From positions 11,811 through 75,810 of the forward strand of contig JAZDJN010000111.1 of the NCBI GenBank assembly GCA_043803945.1: a stretch of 64,000 nucleotides of DNA, read 5' to 3'. The position numbers were made by a program, and so were the translations under genes. This document shows positions 1 to 9,767 of this stretch, piece by piece. Numbering within the stretch: position 1 is the stretch's first letter; each line of letters begins with the position of its first letter. The notes under the pieces are model-generated. The model worked only from the letters and a program-made list of their open reading frames with translations. It ran no database searches and was not told the DNA's origin. Origin of the DNA: a bacterium (GTDB taxonomy: Bacteria; Bacteroidota; Ignavibacteria; UBA10030).

Positions 1-19
1 CAATGATTCTATTTTCCAT
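1..19 (-). CDS. Probable start of the next operon gene (partial, MENRII...), possibly 2-isopropylmalate synthase
   Basis: ATG at 19-17 overlaps the end of cimA; only 6 codons visible; product guessed from operon context. Confidence 0.3.
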
Positions 20-1607
20 CCGTTACTTCTCTAATAAGCTCAGTTTGTGTTTTCATCAGGTGATAGGAGAGACCTTCCACCAATGCGATCCAGCTTGCCT
101 CTATGATATCAGTTGAGACACCAACCGTGTTCCACGCAAGATGATTGGTGCGATTCGTTATAAGAACTCGAACCTTCGCACTTGTTCCATCCTGACCATC
201 GAGGACTCTGACCTTGTAATCGGCAAGATAAATCTGCCTGAGTTCAGGATAGAATTTGTCCAATGCCTTTCGCAGAGCGTTATCGAGTGCATTGACCGGC
301 CCATTCCCTTCTGCGGCAGTATATTCAACCTCATCACCGACACGCACCTTAATCAATGCTTCTGATTTCGGCTGCGCGTCCATCGACTCTTTGTGGATGA
401 TCACTTTAAATCCTTCAAGCTCAAAAAAATCCTCCCAGTCCTCCGTCGATTTCCGTATCAGCAGTTCCAGTGAACCATCGGCATCTTCATAGCGATAACC
501 CCGGTATTCACGGTCCTTTATCTCATCGACAAGTTGTTTGATGTTGGAAGATTGTTGTGAGAGATCGATGCCAAGCTCTTCAGCCTTATAAACGATATTA
601 CTCTTCCCCGAAAGATCGGAGACAAGTACCCTGCGTTTGTTGCCAACCAGTTCAGGATTGAGATGTTCATACGTCTGCGGCAATTTCATTACAGCACTCA
701 CATGGACACCTCCTTTGTGGGCAAATGCACTCTGGCCGACGAAAGGAAGATTTTTCGAGTGTGCATGGTTTGCACACTCGCTGACAAAGTGCGAGAGTGA
801 CGTCAATGCACTCAATTGGTCAGTATCTACACAATGATACCCCAGTTTGATCTGCAGATTAGGGATGACGGAACAGAGATTGGCATTTCCGACACGTTCT
901 CCGAAGCCATTGATCGTTCCCTGGACGTGTATCGCACCGGCATTTACAGCAGATAATGAATTTGCCACAGCGAGCTCACTGTCATTATGGGCATGAATTC
1001 CGATTGGCGTGTGAAGCGTTTGGCGTACTTTACTGAGAATTACTTCGACTTCGTGAGGAAGCGTTCCGCCGTTCGTATCACACAGGACAATTACGTCAGC
1101 CCCAGCAGATTCTGCAGCAACAATCGTCTCCAGTGCATACGAGGCATCATCCTTGAATCCATCAAAAAAGTGTTCCGCATCGTAAATCACCTCACGACCG
1201 CTGGCTTTTAGGAGTGCCACCGATTCGTTGATCATGCTTAAGTTCTCATTCCTACTGATCTGCAGGGCCTCATGGACATGCATCAACCAACTCTTGCCAA
1301 AGATCGTTACGACTGGTGTGTTTGCCTCCAGGAGCTGATTCAAATTAGGATCAGCCGATGCGCTGCAATTCGCACGCCTTGTACTCCCAAACGCTGCGAG
1401 TTTGGCATGATGGAAGTGGACTTCTTTTGCCAGACGGAAAAATTCAAGATCGCGCGGATTCGATCCTGGCCATCCTCCTTCGACATAATCCATTCCAAAT
1501 GCATCGAGATGCTGAGCAACTCTGAGTTTATCCTCAACGGAGAAAGAGACTTCCTCTCCCTGGGAACCGTCGCGCAACGTTGTATCATAAAGAAATATTT
1601 TTTTCAT
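9..1607 (-). CDS. cimA: Citramalate synthase (LeuA/CimA family)
   Basis: DTTLRDGSQGE, GGWPGSNP, YDAEHFFDG, HAHND and AHKGGVH motifs plus a C-terminal regulatory domain; start moved to ATG 1607 with AAGGAA upstream. Confidence 0.9.
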   Translation of the reverse strand: MKKIFLYDTTLRDGSQGEEVSFSVEDKLRVAQHLDAFGMDYVEGGWPGSNPRDLEFFRLAKEVHFHHAKLAAFGSTRRANCSASADPNLNQLLEANTPVVTIFGKSWLMHVHEALQISRNENLSMINESVALLKASGREVIYDAEHFFDGFKDDASYALETIVAAESAGADVIVLCDTNGGTLPHEVEVILSKVRQTLHTPIGIHAHNDSELAVANSLSAVNAGAIHVQGTINGFGERVGNANLCSVIPNLQIKLGYHCVDTDQLSALTSLSHFVSECANHAHSKNLPFVGQSAFAHKGGVHVSAVMKLPQTYEHLNPELVGNKRRVLVSDLSGKSNIVYKAEELGIDLSQQSSNIKQLVDEIKDREYRGYRYEDADGSLELLIRKSTEDWEDFFELEGFKVIIHKESMDAQPKSEALIKVRVGDEVEYTAAEGNGPVNALDNALRKALDKFYPELRQIYLADYKVRVLDGQDGTSAKVRVLITNRTNHLAWNTVGVSTDIIEASWIALVEGLSYHLMKTQTELIREVTDGK

Positions 1608-1633
1608 CGAAGCCGTTCCTTGGTCTGTCGAAA

Positions 1634-2692
1634 TTATTCCTTTTTCCAATTCTCAGGACGCAGCGATCTCACAGCAGCACCCGCTTGCCACATCTCAGAG
1701 TCCTGCCACTCGTTGAGTTCTTTCTCTAGTTTCTGCCGATAGTCGGAAGAGCTGCAGCTATCGAGGACGCGTTGCGATTCAATTCCCTGACGAACGCTTG
1801 AATACAGAGATTCGAAGAGAGGCTTTGCCGCCGCTTCAAATTTTTTCGACCAATCGAGAGCACCGCGCTGTGCCGTAGTGCTGCAGGAGGCAAACATCCA
1901 ATCCATGCCATTTTTTCCAATGAGGGGGTATAAACTTTGGGTTGCTTCTTCAACTGTTTCGTTGAATGCCTCACTTGGAGAATGGCCCATGGCCCGGAGT
2001 GTATCATACTGCGCCTTCATCAAGCCTGCGATCGCTCCCATCAACACACCCCGCTCACCTGTCAGGTCACTGAGAACTTCCTTTTCAAAGGTTGTGGGGA
2101 AGAGATAACCCGAGCCGATTGCAATACCGAGAGCCAGCGTTCGTTCCTGTGCTCGTCCGGTGGCATCCTGAAAGATCGCGTAGCTGGAATTGATGCCGCT
2201 TCCGGAGAGATAGTTCGAACGAACTGTTCTCCCTGCACCTTTGGGTGCAACCAGGATCACATCGACATCAGGAGGTGGAACAACACCAGTTTGATCTTTG
2301 AACACCACCGAGAATCCGTGAGAAAAATAAAGTGCCTGTCCCTTCCTGAGGTTTTTCTTGACAACGTCCCATTGATCGCGCTGCCCTGCATCGGAAAGAA
2401 GGTATTGCACAACCGTAGCTTTCTGAATTGCATCGGCGATATCAGAAAAGAGTGTGGTTCCTTCCACCCAGCCATCGTTGACTGCATCATTCCATCCCTT
2501 ACCGCCTTTCCGCTGCCCAAGCATTACTGAGATTCCATTATCACGAAGATTCAACGCCTGCCCCTGTCCTTGCGGACCATAGCCGATAATGGCAACCACT
2601 TCGTTTCGAAGTACCTCTTGCGCTTTTGAAAGCGGAAATTCTTCCCGCGTCACTACATCTTCTACGACACCACCAAAATTAATTCGAGCCAT
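1634..2692 (-). CDS. ilvC: Ketol-acid reductoisomerase
   Basis: IIGYGPQG nucleotide-binding motif, APKG, SDLTGER and EAFNETVEEA; ATG 2692 with GAAGGAG RBS. Confidence 0.95.
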   Translation of the reverse strand: MARINFGGVVEDVVTREEFPLSKAQEVLRNEVVAIIGYGPQGQGQALNLRDNGISVMLGQRKGGKGWNDAVNDGWVEGTTLFSDIADAIQKATVVQYLLSDAGQRDQWDVVKKNLRKGQALYFSHGFSVVFKDQTGVVPPPDVDVILVAPKGAGRTVRSNYLSGSGINSSYAIFQDATGRAQERTLALGIAIGSGYLFPTTFEKEVLSDLTGERGVLMGAIAGLMKAQYDTLRAMGHSPSEAFNETVEEATQSLYPLIGKNGMDWMFASCSTTAQRGALDWSKKFEAAAKPLFESLYSSVRQGIESQRVLDSCSSSDYRQKLEKELNEWQDSEMWQAGAAVRSLRPENWKKE

Positions 2693-2805
2693 TGTTACTC
2701 CTTCATTGATTCGTTGTCTCTGTGTTGAAATCATACAATTAATTTGTCATCGGCGAACCGTGACTCTGAAGCGAACTCGCTCCAGTATCACTCCTTGTTT
2801 GGATA

Positions 2806-3297
2806 TCATACCTCTCCCTGAAATTCACGCTTCAGGGCAACCTGGCCTGTTCTCGCCATTTCCCGAATGCCGAATGGACTCAACATCTTAATGATTGCAT
2901 CGACCTTTTGTTTTCCACCCGTTGCTTCGAGTGTCACGGTTTTCGGACTGATGTCGACGACTTTCGCACGGAAGACCTCTGCAATCTGCATCACTTCCGG
3001 ACGGGTCGATTGTGTACAGTGCACCTTGATCAACGCCAGTTCCCGCTCAACGAAGTCATCAAACGTTAGATCGATCACTTTGATGACATCAATCAGTTTG
3101 TTCAACTGCTTCGTGATCTGTTCGATCACCTGATCATCGCCCCGGGTGACAATCGTCATCCGTGAAATATCGCGTTCTTCTGTCGCTCCAACCGTCAGGC
3201 TATCGATGTTGTAAGCCTTCGCGGCAAACATCCCAGCCACGCGAATGAATGCGCCATGCTTATTCTCGACCAACACGGCTATGGTATGCTGTTTCAT
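2806..3297 (-). CDS. ilvN: Acetolactate synthase small (regulatory) subunit
   Basis: ACT domain with VENKHG, YNIDSLTVG, KQLNKLIDV and EMARTG. Confidence 0.95.
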   Translation of the reverse strand: MKQHTIAVLVENKHGAFIRVAGMFAAKAYNIDSLTVGATEERDISRMTIVTRGDDQVIEQITKQLNKLIDVIKVIDLTFDDFVERELALIKVHCTQSTRPEVMQIAEVFRAKVVDISPKTVTLEATGGKQKVDAIIKMLSPFGIREMARTGQVALKREFQGEV

Positions 3298-3299
3298 GC

Positions 3300-5078
3300 T
3301 TATCCTTTCACATGAATCATAACATCACTTGGATGGCCCTGCTGTTCGGAGGATTGCGGAACAGGTTCCGGAGTATCCATAATCTCATTGACGGTTTGCC
3401 CTGCGGGAATCATTGGATAGACATTGTCCTCACACTGGACGACGAACTCTACCAAGATGGGACCATCCTTCCATACCATCGCCGTCCGTATCGATGATTC
3501 GAGTTCCATTGTCTCCGTCACACGAAATGCATGGATGCCATAAGCCTCTGCGACTTTCACAAAATCCGGACTCTGCATTTTGACATGGGAATAGCGTTTT
3601 CGCCAGAACAGTTCCTGCCATTGTCGCACCATTCCCAAATATCCATTGTTGATGATGAAGATTTTCAGGGGCAATTGATGCTCGGCGATGGTTGCCAACT
3701 CCTGGATGTTCATCTGAAATCCACCATCACCACTTATCGAGATGACCGGTAAGTCGCGTTGCGCAAACGCAGCACCCATTGCAGCCGGAAGAGAAAATCC
3801 CATCGTTCCCAATCCGCCGGAGCTAATGTGAGTGCGAGGATATTTCCATCGGAAGAATTGCGCAGCCCACATTTGATGTTGGCCGACATCTGTCACGACA
3901 ATGGCATTCCCCTTTGTTACTTCTCCCAGCGTATGAATGACATGCTGAGCCCGAAGTTCAGCTCCCTGTGAATAGCGGAGTGGATGCTCACGTTTCCACT
4001 GGTCGATTGTTTTGAGCCAATCCTCTGTCGGCAATGGTTCGACCAAATCCAAAAGTTTTTTTAAGACCCGTTTGACATCGCCCACGATCGGGACATCGAC
4101 TTTGACGTTCTTACTAATCGCACTGGGATCGATATCGATATGAATTTTTTTCGCTTCAGGTGCGAATGCTTCAACCTTACCGGTAACCCGATCATCGAAG
4201 CGGGCCCCTACAGCAATCAACAGGTCACAATAATTCACTGCCACATTCGAGTACCATGTGCCGTGCATTCCGAGCATTCCAAGAGAGAGCGTATTGTCTT
4301 CAGGAAATGAACCAAGCCCATGGAGTGTAGTCGTGACGGGACAGCGAAGTTTTTCCGCAAATGCCGTCAACTCGACCGAAGCGTTTGATTGCAGCACTCC
4401 ACCTCCGACATAGAGAAGCGGCCGTTTTGCCGATTTAATCATCGCGGCGGCAACTGATATCTGTTTATTATGTCCTTCCAATGTCGGTTTATAACTCCGC
4501 ATTGCCACTGATTTTGGATATTCAAAGTGTGTTTTTTGCGCCATGACATCTTTAGGTAAATCGACGACCACGGGTCCGGGCCTTCCGGTAGCAGCAATGT
4601 AAAATGCTTCCTTCACCGTTTTGGCTAATTCATTCACATCGCGAACAAGAAAACTGTGCTTTGTAATCGGGCGTGTAATGCCTATGATATCTGCCTCCTG
4701 AAAAGCATCGTTGCCGATCATTTTCAGAGCAACCTGACCTGTAAAGACAACCAGAGGAATTGAATCCATAAACGCATCGGCAATTCCCGTCACTGTGTTT
4801 GTTGCACCCGGTCCCGAAGTTACAAGGGCAACACCAACCTTACCGGTTGCTTTCGCATATCCTTCAGCGGCGTGCGTTGCTCCTTGCTCATGCCTGGTTA
4901 AGACGTGCTTGATACTGGTGATATCATGCAATGCATCATAGATGCCGATAACTGCTCCGCCGGGGTAGCCGAACACCACATCAACTCCCTCCTCCACAAG
5001 GCTGCGGACAAAAATTTCAGCTCCTGTCATTTGCCGATGGTGAGTGGATGCTTGCTGTTGAGTTTTTGATGGTGACAT
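3300..5078 (-). CDS. ilvB: Acetolactate synthase large subunit
   Basis: FGYPGGA, RHEQGA, TSGPGATN, DVGQHQMW and GDGGFQMN TPP motif. Confidence 0.96.
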   Translation of the reverse strand: MSPSKTQQQASTHHRQMTGAEIFVRSLVEEGVDVVFGYPGGAVIGIYDALHDITSIKHVLTRHEQGATHAAEGYAKATGKVGVALVTSGPGATNTVTGIADAFMDSIPLVVFTGQVALKMIGNDAFQEADIIGITRPITKHSFLVRDVNELAKTVKEAFYIAATGRPGPVVVDLPKDVMAQKTHFEYPKSVAMRSYKPTLEGHNKQISVAAAMIKSAKRPLLYVGGGVLQSNASVELTAFAEKLRCPVTTTLHGLGSFPEDNTLSLGMLGMHGTWYSNVAVNYCDLLIAVGARFDDRVTGKVEAFAPEAKKIHIDIDPSAISKNVKVDVPIVGDVKRVLKKLLDLVEPLPTEDWLKTIDQWKREHPLRYSQGAELRAQHVIHTLGEVTKGNAIVVTDVGQHQMWAAQFFRWKYPRTHISSGGLGTMGFSLPAAMGAAFAQRDLPVISISGDGGFQMNIQELATIAEHQLPLKIFIINNGYLGMVRQWQELFWRKRYSHVKMQSPDFVKVAEAYGIHAFRVTETMELESSIRTAMVWKDGPILVEFVVQCEDNVYPMIPAGQTVNEIMDTPEPVPQSSEQQGHPSDVMIHVKG

Positions 5079-5116
5079 TGTACACCTGTGTTAGTTCATG
5101 AAACTTTTTGTTAGGC

Positions 5117-5200
5117 TGCCGCCAAGTGCGCCAAGATAAAAATAGAGATAATGTGTGATTACCGATCCATTCAATTTTCTTTCTTGGCGTTTTTGCGGCA
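5117..5200. repeat. Intergenic inverted-repeat hairpin element (GCCAAG-type arms, AT-rich loop)
   Basis: TGCCGCCAAGTGCGCCAAGA (5117-5136) pairs with TCTTGGCGTTTTTGCGGCA (5182-5200). Confidence 0.6.
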
Positions 5201-5315
5201 TTGTTTCTAAAAGTTCTCATTGCGAGAAGTCCCACCTCAAACCAGATCCGAGGAAAGGGTTGGGCAGGACTTGGCCACCCACATGTTTGGCGGGTTGCCC
5301 GATTCGCAATGAGGA

Positions 5316-7007
5316 TCATTCAGTTTCTCCATTCAAATCTGTAATCGCACCGAGGCTGCTGCTCGAAACGAGCTGTGCGTATTTCCATAAGACTCCGCTT
5401 GTGTATCGCAATTCAGGCTTCTTCCAGGTTCGTTTTCGTTTTTCAAGTTCTTCCGCTGAAACATGAAGTTCGAGACAATTCTTCGATGCATCGATTGTGA
5501 TCTGATCATTCTCCTGCACCAAGGCGACTGGTCCGCCAACGGCTGCCTCCGGTGCAACGTGACCGACAACCATTCCAAATGAGCCGCCGGAGAATCGTCC
5601 GTCTGTTATCAATGCAACATGTTCACCAAGCCCGGCACCGATGATGGCAGATGTTGGAGCAAGCATTTCACGCATCCCGGGTCCGCCCTTCGGGCCTTCA
5701 TAACGAATGACGATAATGTTCCCTTTCTGAATATTTCCAGCGAGTATTGCTTTCAGGCATTCTTCCTCTGAATGGAACACTCTTGCGGGGCCTTTTATGT
5801 ATGGATATTTCACACCGGTCACTTTCGCAACTGCACCTTCCGGAGCGAGGTTGCCTTTCAGTATGACAAGATGCCCTTGGGCATACAACGGTTTTTCCCA
5901 GGGACGGATTACCTGCTGGTCCGGAGATGGAGTTGGTGGAACCGCAGTGAGAACTTCGGCAACAGTTTTTCCTGAGATTGTCAGTGCATCGCCATGCAGC
6001 ACTCCATGATCGAATAACATTTTCATGATCTGAGGCACACCGCCCGCTTTATGAAATTCGGTTGTCACATATTTTCCTGAAGGCTTGAGATCGCAAAGGA
6101 CCGGAACACGCCGGCGGATTGATTCAAAATCGTCGATGCTTAATGGTACTTTTGCTGAACGTGCGATAGCAAGAAGATGCAGCACCGCATTGGTTGAACC
6201 GCCAACAGCCATTACAACGGCAATTGCATTTTCAAATGCTTTCCTCGTGAGAATCGATTTAGGCAGGATGGTATTTCGCACAGCTTCTGCAAGTACTTCG
6301 GCTGATTGTTCGGTGCTCTCCTCCTTCTCTGCATCCTCCGCTGCCATTGTTGAAGAGAAAGGCAGGCTCATGCCCATTGCTTCGATCGCAGAGGCCATCG
6401 TGTTAGCGGTATACATGCCACCGCAGGATCCTGCACCCGGACATGCATTGCGTTCGACTGCTTCCAGTTCATCCTTTCCAATTTTGTTTGCACTGAACTG
6501 CCCCACTGCTTCGAATGCACTGACGATGGTCAGGTCTTTACCGTTAAGATGCCCTGGCTTGATGGTTCCGCCATAGACAAAGACGGCAGGGATATTCAAA
6601 CGGGCTATCGCCATCATTGCGCCGGGCATATTTTTATCACACCCTCCGATTGCCAGGAGGCCATCGACTGCATGCGCATTACAGACCGTTTCAATAGAAT
6701 CGGCGATGACTTCACGGGAAACCAGGGAATACTTCATCCCTTCGGTACCCATAGAGATGCCGTCACTTACAGTGATCGTTCCGAACTCGAACGGCATGGT
6801 TTGGGCATTTCGCAGCGCAACAACTGCATGATCCGTCAAACCATCCAAGCCGATATTGCAGGGTGTGACAGTACTATAGCCATTAGCGACTGCGATAAGC
6901 GGCTTGTCGAAATCGGCATCCTTGAAACCGACAGCACGCAGCATAGCGCGATTCGGTGTCCGTTCGATTCCTTGGGTGATGAGGCTGCTGCGTAAATTAT
7001 GACTCAT
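5316..7007 (-). CDS. ilvD: Dihydroxy-acid dehydratase
   Basis: [31 protein letters not shown] and TDGRFSG; start at ATG 7007. Confidence 0.96.
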   Translation of the reverse strand: MSHNLRSSLITQGIERTPNRAMLRAVGFKDADFDKPLIAVANGYSTVTPCNIGLDGLTDHAVVALRNAQTMPFEFGTITVSDGISMGTEGMKYSLVSREVIADSIETVCNAHAVDGLLAIGGCDKNMPGAMMAIARLNIPAVFVYGGTIKPGHLNGKDLTIVSAFEAVGQFSANKIGKDELEAVERNACPGAGSCGGMYTANTMASAIEAMGMSLPFSSTMAAEDAEKEESTEQSAEVLAEAVRNTILPKSILTRKAFENAIAVVMAVGGSTNAVLHLLAIARSAKVPLSIDDFESIRRRVPVLCDLKPSGKYVTTEFHKAGGVPQIMKMLFDHGVLHGDALTISGKTVAEVLTAVPPTPSPDQQVIRPWEKPLYAQGHLVILKGNLAPEGAVAKVTGVKYPYIKGPARVFHSEEECLKAILAGNIQKGNIIVIRYEGPKGGPGMREMLAPTSAIIGAGLGEHVALITDGRFSGGSFGMVVGHVAPEAAVGGPVALVQENDQITIDASKNCLELHVSAEELEKRKRTWKKPELRYTSGVLWKYAQLVSSSSLGAITDLNGETE

Positions 7008-7192
7008 GAGGATATGCCTTTTGAGATTGATGACGAGTGAATGACAGAGTGGTATCAAGTGGGAATGGAGACAATAGGTGGTAATGAGTGTTCTTCAGAC
7101 GAGAGCCCAGAGTTCCGCCGGGTCGCCGAGAAGAGTCAGAAGAATAAATTTGTCGTACCAAAATGTTCACCATGCGCATAAATACTCCATTG

Positions 7193-7264
7193 CGCCGGAG
7201 GCGAACCTTGCATTACTTTTTTCTTTTTAGGGATTTTTTCGGGTATGCTTGGTAACCTCCGGCG
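7193..7264 (-). promoter_or_regulatory. GC-rich stem just downstream of the leader peptide stop (attenuator structure)
   Basis: CGCCGGAGG (7193-7201) is complementary to CCTCCGGCG (7256-7264), with additional inner pairing; no U-tract follows. Confidence 0.55.
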
Positions 7265-7268
7265 TCTA

Positions 7269-7403
7269 TTAGCCAATAATAAGGCTAAGAACGAGGAGGT
7301 TAATAATAAGGATGAGGCTAAGGGATAGGGCAAGAACAGGACGCACGCTGCTGCCGAGTGTGTTCTTTAATTGGATTGCGATATTTTTCTTGCCGTTTGT
7401 CAC
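7269..7403 (-). CDS. ilv operon leader peptide (44 aa, MTNGKKNIAIQLKNTLGSSVRPVLALSLSLILIINLLVLSLIIG)
   Basis: GTG 7403 to TAA 7269; 16 of the last 22 codons are Leu/Ile/Val; lies between the promoter and ilvD; alternative GTG start at 7346. Confidence 0.85.
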   Translation of the reverse strand: MTNGKKNIAIQLKNTLGSSVRPVLALSLSLILIINLLVLSLIIG

Positions 7404-7429
7404 TTTAGTTAGGTAAACTGACTACTACC

Positions 7430-7457
7430 AATATAATAAAATCCCGCGCGATGTCAA
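7430..7457 (-). promoter_or_regulatory. sigma70-type promoter of the ilv leader/operon
   Basis: TTGACA-16nt-TATATT on the minus strand, about 26 nt upstream of the leader start. Confidence 0.7.
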
Positions 7458-7503
7458 GGGTTGTGTGAGAAAAAAAGAGATTTTTTTGATAATCAGGTAG
7501 AAG

Positions 7504-7543
7504 GATTCAATGATTCAATGATCCAATTGTCCATTGATCCAAT
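7504..7543. repeat. Degenerate 8-bp tandem repeat (5 units)
   Basis: GATTCAAT GATTCAAT GATCCAAT TGTCCATT GATCCAAT. Confidence 0.6.
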
Positions 7544-7563
7544 AAGACAGATTCATTCACGTT

Positions 7564-8448
7564 TCAGAACTGTCGCTCCGCGTGGTATGAGCTTCGCACC
7601 AACGGTCCCGACTCAACATATCTGAATCCCATTTCCAGTCCGGCCTCTTTGAGCATCTTGAATTCATCTGGATGAGCGTATCGAATCACAGGATGATGTT
7701 CTTTTGTCGGTTGGAGATACTGTCCGAGTGTGAAGATGTCACAATGCACAGCTCGAATATCTTTCATCACCTCGAGAACCTCTTCATTACTCTCACCTAA
7801 GCCAAGCATCAGGCCGGTTTTTGTGGTTGCTCCCTTTTGCTTCGCGCGATCGATAACTTCCAGTGATTGTTGATAGTTCGCCTGCATGCGTACTTTGCGA
7901 TAGAGACGGGGAACGGTTTCCAGGTTGTGATTAAGGATTTCCGGTTTGGCTGCCAGCACAGTGTCGAGGGCTGTTTCGCTCCCTTTGAAATCGGGGATCA
8001 ATACTTCCACCGTAACTCCCGGGACTTCTTCGTGGATAAGCCGGATTGTTTCGGCGAAGATTGGTGAACCGCCATCTTCCCTTTCATCCCGATTCACTGA
8101 AGTAATGATGGCATGTTTCACCTTCATCACTTTAATGGCTTCCACTACTCTCCGCGGTTCATCCCAATCGAGTCCATAGTCGGGCCGGCCTGTTTTGACA
8201 GCGCAGAAACTGCATGAGCGGGTGCAGATGTCGCCCAGAATCATGAATGTTGCTGTGCCCGAGTGCCAGCATTCACCCATATTCGGACATCGTGCTTCTT
8301 CGCAAACAGTATGCAAGCGGTGAGAATCGATAAGCGATTTTAATTTCGCATAGCCTTCCCCACCGGGAATTTTCGCTTTCAACCATTCTGGCCGCCTGGT
8401 TGGCAATGGTGTTTGAGTTGTCTGATCGTCTTTGAGAATTGTATCCAT
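7564..8448 (-). CDS. lipA: Lipoyl synthase
   Basis: [12 protein letters not shown], radical [11 protein letters not shown] and RSSYHA; start probably ATG 8448. Confidence 0.96.
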   Translation of the reverse strand: MDTILKDDQTTQTPLPTRRPEWLKAKIPGGEGYAKLKSLIDSHRLHTVCEEARCPNMGECWHSGTATFMILGDICTRSCSFCAVKTGRPDYGLDWDEPRRVVEAIKVMKVKHAIITSVNRDEREDGGSPIFAETIRLIHEEVPGVTVEVLIPDFKGSETALDTVLAAKPEILNHNLETVPRLYRKVRMQANYQQSLEVIDRAKQKGATTKTGLMLGLGESNEEVLEVMKDIRAVHCDIFTLGQYLQPTKEHHPVIRYAHPDEFKMLKEAGLEMGFRYVESGPLVRSSYHAERQF

Positions 8449-8449
8449 G

Positions 8450-9754
8450 TTAAAATACCTTGCTAAAATCAAACTGTTCTAAATTCAGCACTACCCGTTG
8501 AATAAATTGGCCTCCGATCGCACCATCGATAATACGATGATCGAACGAGAGTGTCAGATAAACCATGGAACGGATTGCAATAGTGTCATGTTCTTCATCG
8601 TCTGTCAGCACCATCGCTCTTTTCTTGATCGCTCCTACACCGAGAATTGCCACTTGAGGCTGATTGATGATGGGTATGCCAATAATATTGCCGAAGAAAC
8701 CATAGTTCGTCAGAGTAAATGTGCCACCCTGAATTTCGTCGGGCTGTAAGTGCTTGCTTCTCGTTCGGACCACAATGTCATTTATTGCCCTTGTCAATCT
8801 AAGAAAATTTTTCTCTTCCACATTCTTCATCACCGGAACTATCAATCCATTCGGTGATGCTACTGCCATACCAAAATGAATGAACTTCTTAAGGATGATT
8901 TTATCGCCCTCGATTGTGCTGTTGAGGATTGGAAATTCCTTTAATGCCTCTATCGCAGCGGAGACGATAAAGGGGGTATAGGTCAGTTTGAATCCCTCCT
9001 GCTGCTCAAACCGGGCAGCATTTGCATCACGGTACTTCACCATTCTGGTGACATCACATTCAGATATGGCCTGAACGTGGGGAGAAGTATGCACACTCCT
9101 TACCATATGCTCAGCCATTTTCAATTGGATATTATCCATCTGACGCACTTCATACTTTGGAGGCGGATATTTCTGCATGACACTCTTCATGTCCAGACGA
9201 TCCAATTTCATCTCACCGGCAGCAGCTCCGGTGGTTTTCTGTGCGCGCGTTGCGAGATAACCGAGAATATCCTTTTTGGTAACTCTTCCGTTAAAGCCCG
9301 AACCCTGAAGCGTGTTCAATTCGGCAAGCACAATGGATTCCTTCTTTGCAATACTTCTCACCAGAGGCGAGTAGAACCGATCACTCTGAAATTCGGAAGA
9401 GAGAAGTTGTGGCAGTTCAACTGGAGGCTGAGAAGACAAGCCTGCGTCTGATTGTTTGCCGATTTCCTTCGAACCTTGTTGGACCGGGACAGAGATAGTT
9501 ATTTTTGCGGCAGCGGCGTCTGTTTCGATGATGGCAATGACGGTACCGACATCAACTGTCTCACCTTCTGCGACGACTATCTTCGTCAGTACTCCTGCGG
9601 ATGGCGATGGAATTTCCGAATCGACTTTATCCGTACTGATTTCCAGAATCGATTCATCCTTCTCGATTTTATCGCCGGGTTTCTTCATCCACCGAAGGAT
9701 CTTTCCTTCCTGAATGCTTTCGCCCATTTTCGGCATCACAACGTCAACATGCAT
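8450..9754 (-). CDS. Dihydrolipoamide acyltransferase (E2) of a 2-oxoacid dehydrogenase complex
   Basis: Lipoyl domain STDKVD, E3-binding SPLVR..GRVTKKD and catalytic DHRIIDG; ATG 9754 with GAGGAG. Confidence 0.93.
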   Translation of the reverse strand: MHVDVVMPKMGESIQEGKILRWMKKPGDKIEKDESILEISTDKVDSEIPSPSAGVLTKIVVAEGETVDVGTVIAIIETDAAAAKITISVPVQQGSKEIGKQSDAGLSSQPPVELPQLLSSEFQSDRFYSPLVRSIAKKESIVLAELNTLQGSGFNGRVTKKDILGYLATRAQKTTGAAAGEMKLDRLDMKSVMQKYPPPKYEVRQMDNIQLKMAEHMVRSVHTSPHVQAISECDVTRMVKYRDANAARFEQQEGFKLTYTPFIVSAAIEALKEFPILNSTIEGDKIILKKFIHFGMAVASPNGLIVPVMKNVEEKNFLRLTRAINDIVVRTRSKHLQPDEIQGGTFTLTNYGFFGNIIGIPIINQPQVAILGVGAIKKRAMVLTDDEEHDTIAIRSMVYLTLSFDHRIIDGAIGGQFIQRVVLNLEQFDFSKVF

Positions 9755-9767
9755 TCTCTGCTCCTCA

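Noticed and set aside
7136-7333. 65-aa ORF from the track as the ilv leader peptide
   Set aside because: It is an overlapping frame; the frame 7269-7403 has a far stronger Leu/Ile/Val run and follows the promoter.
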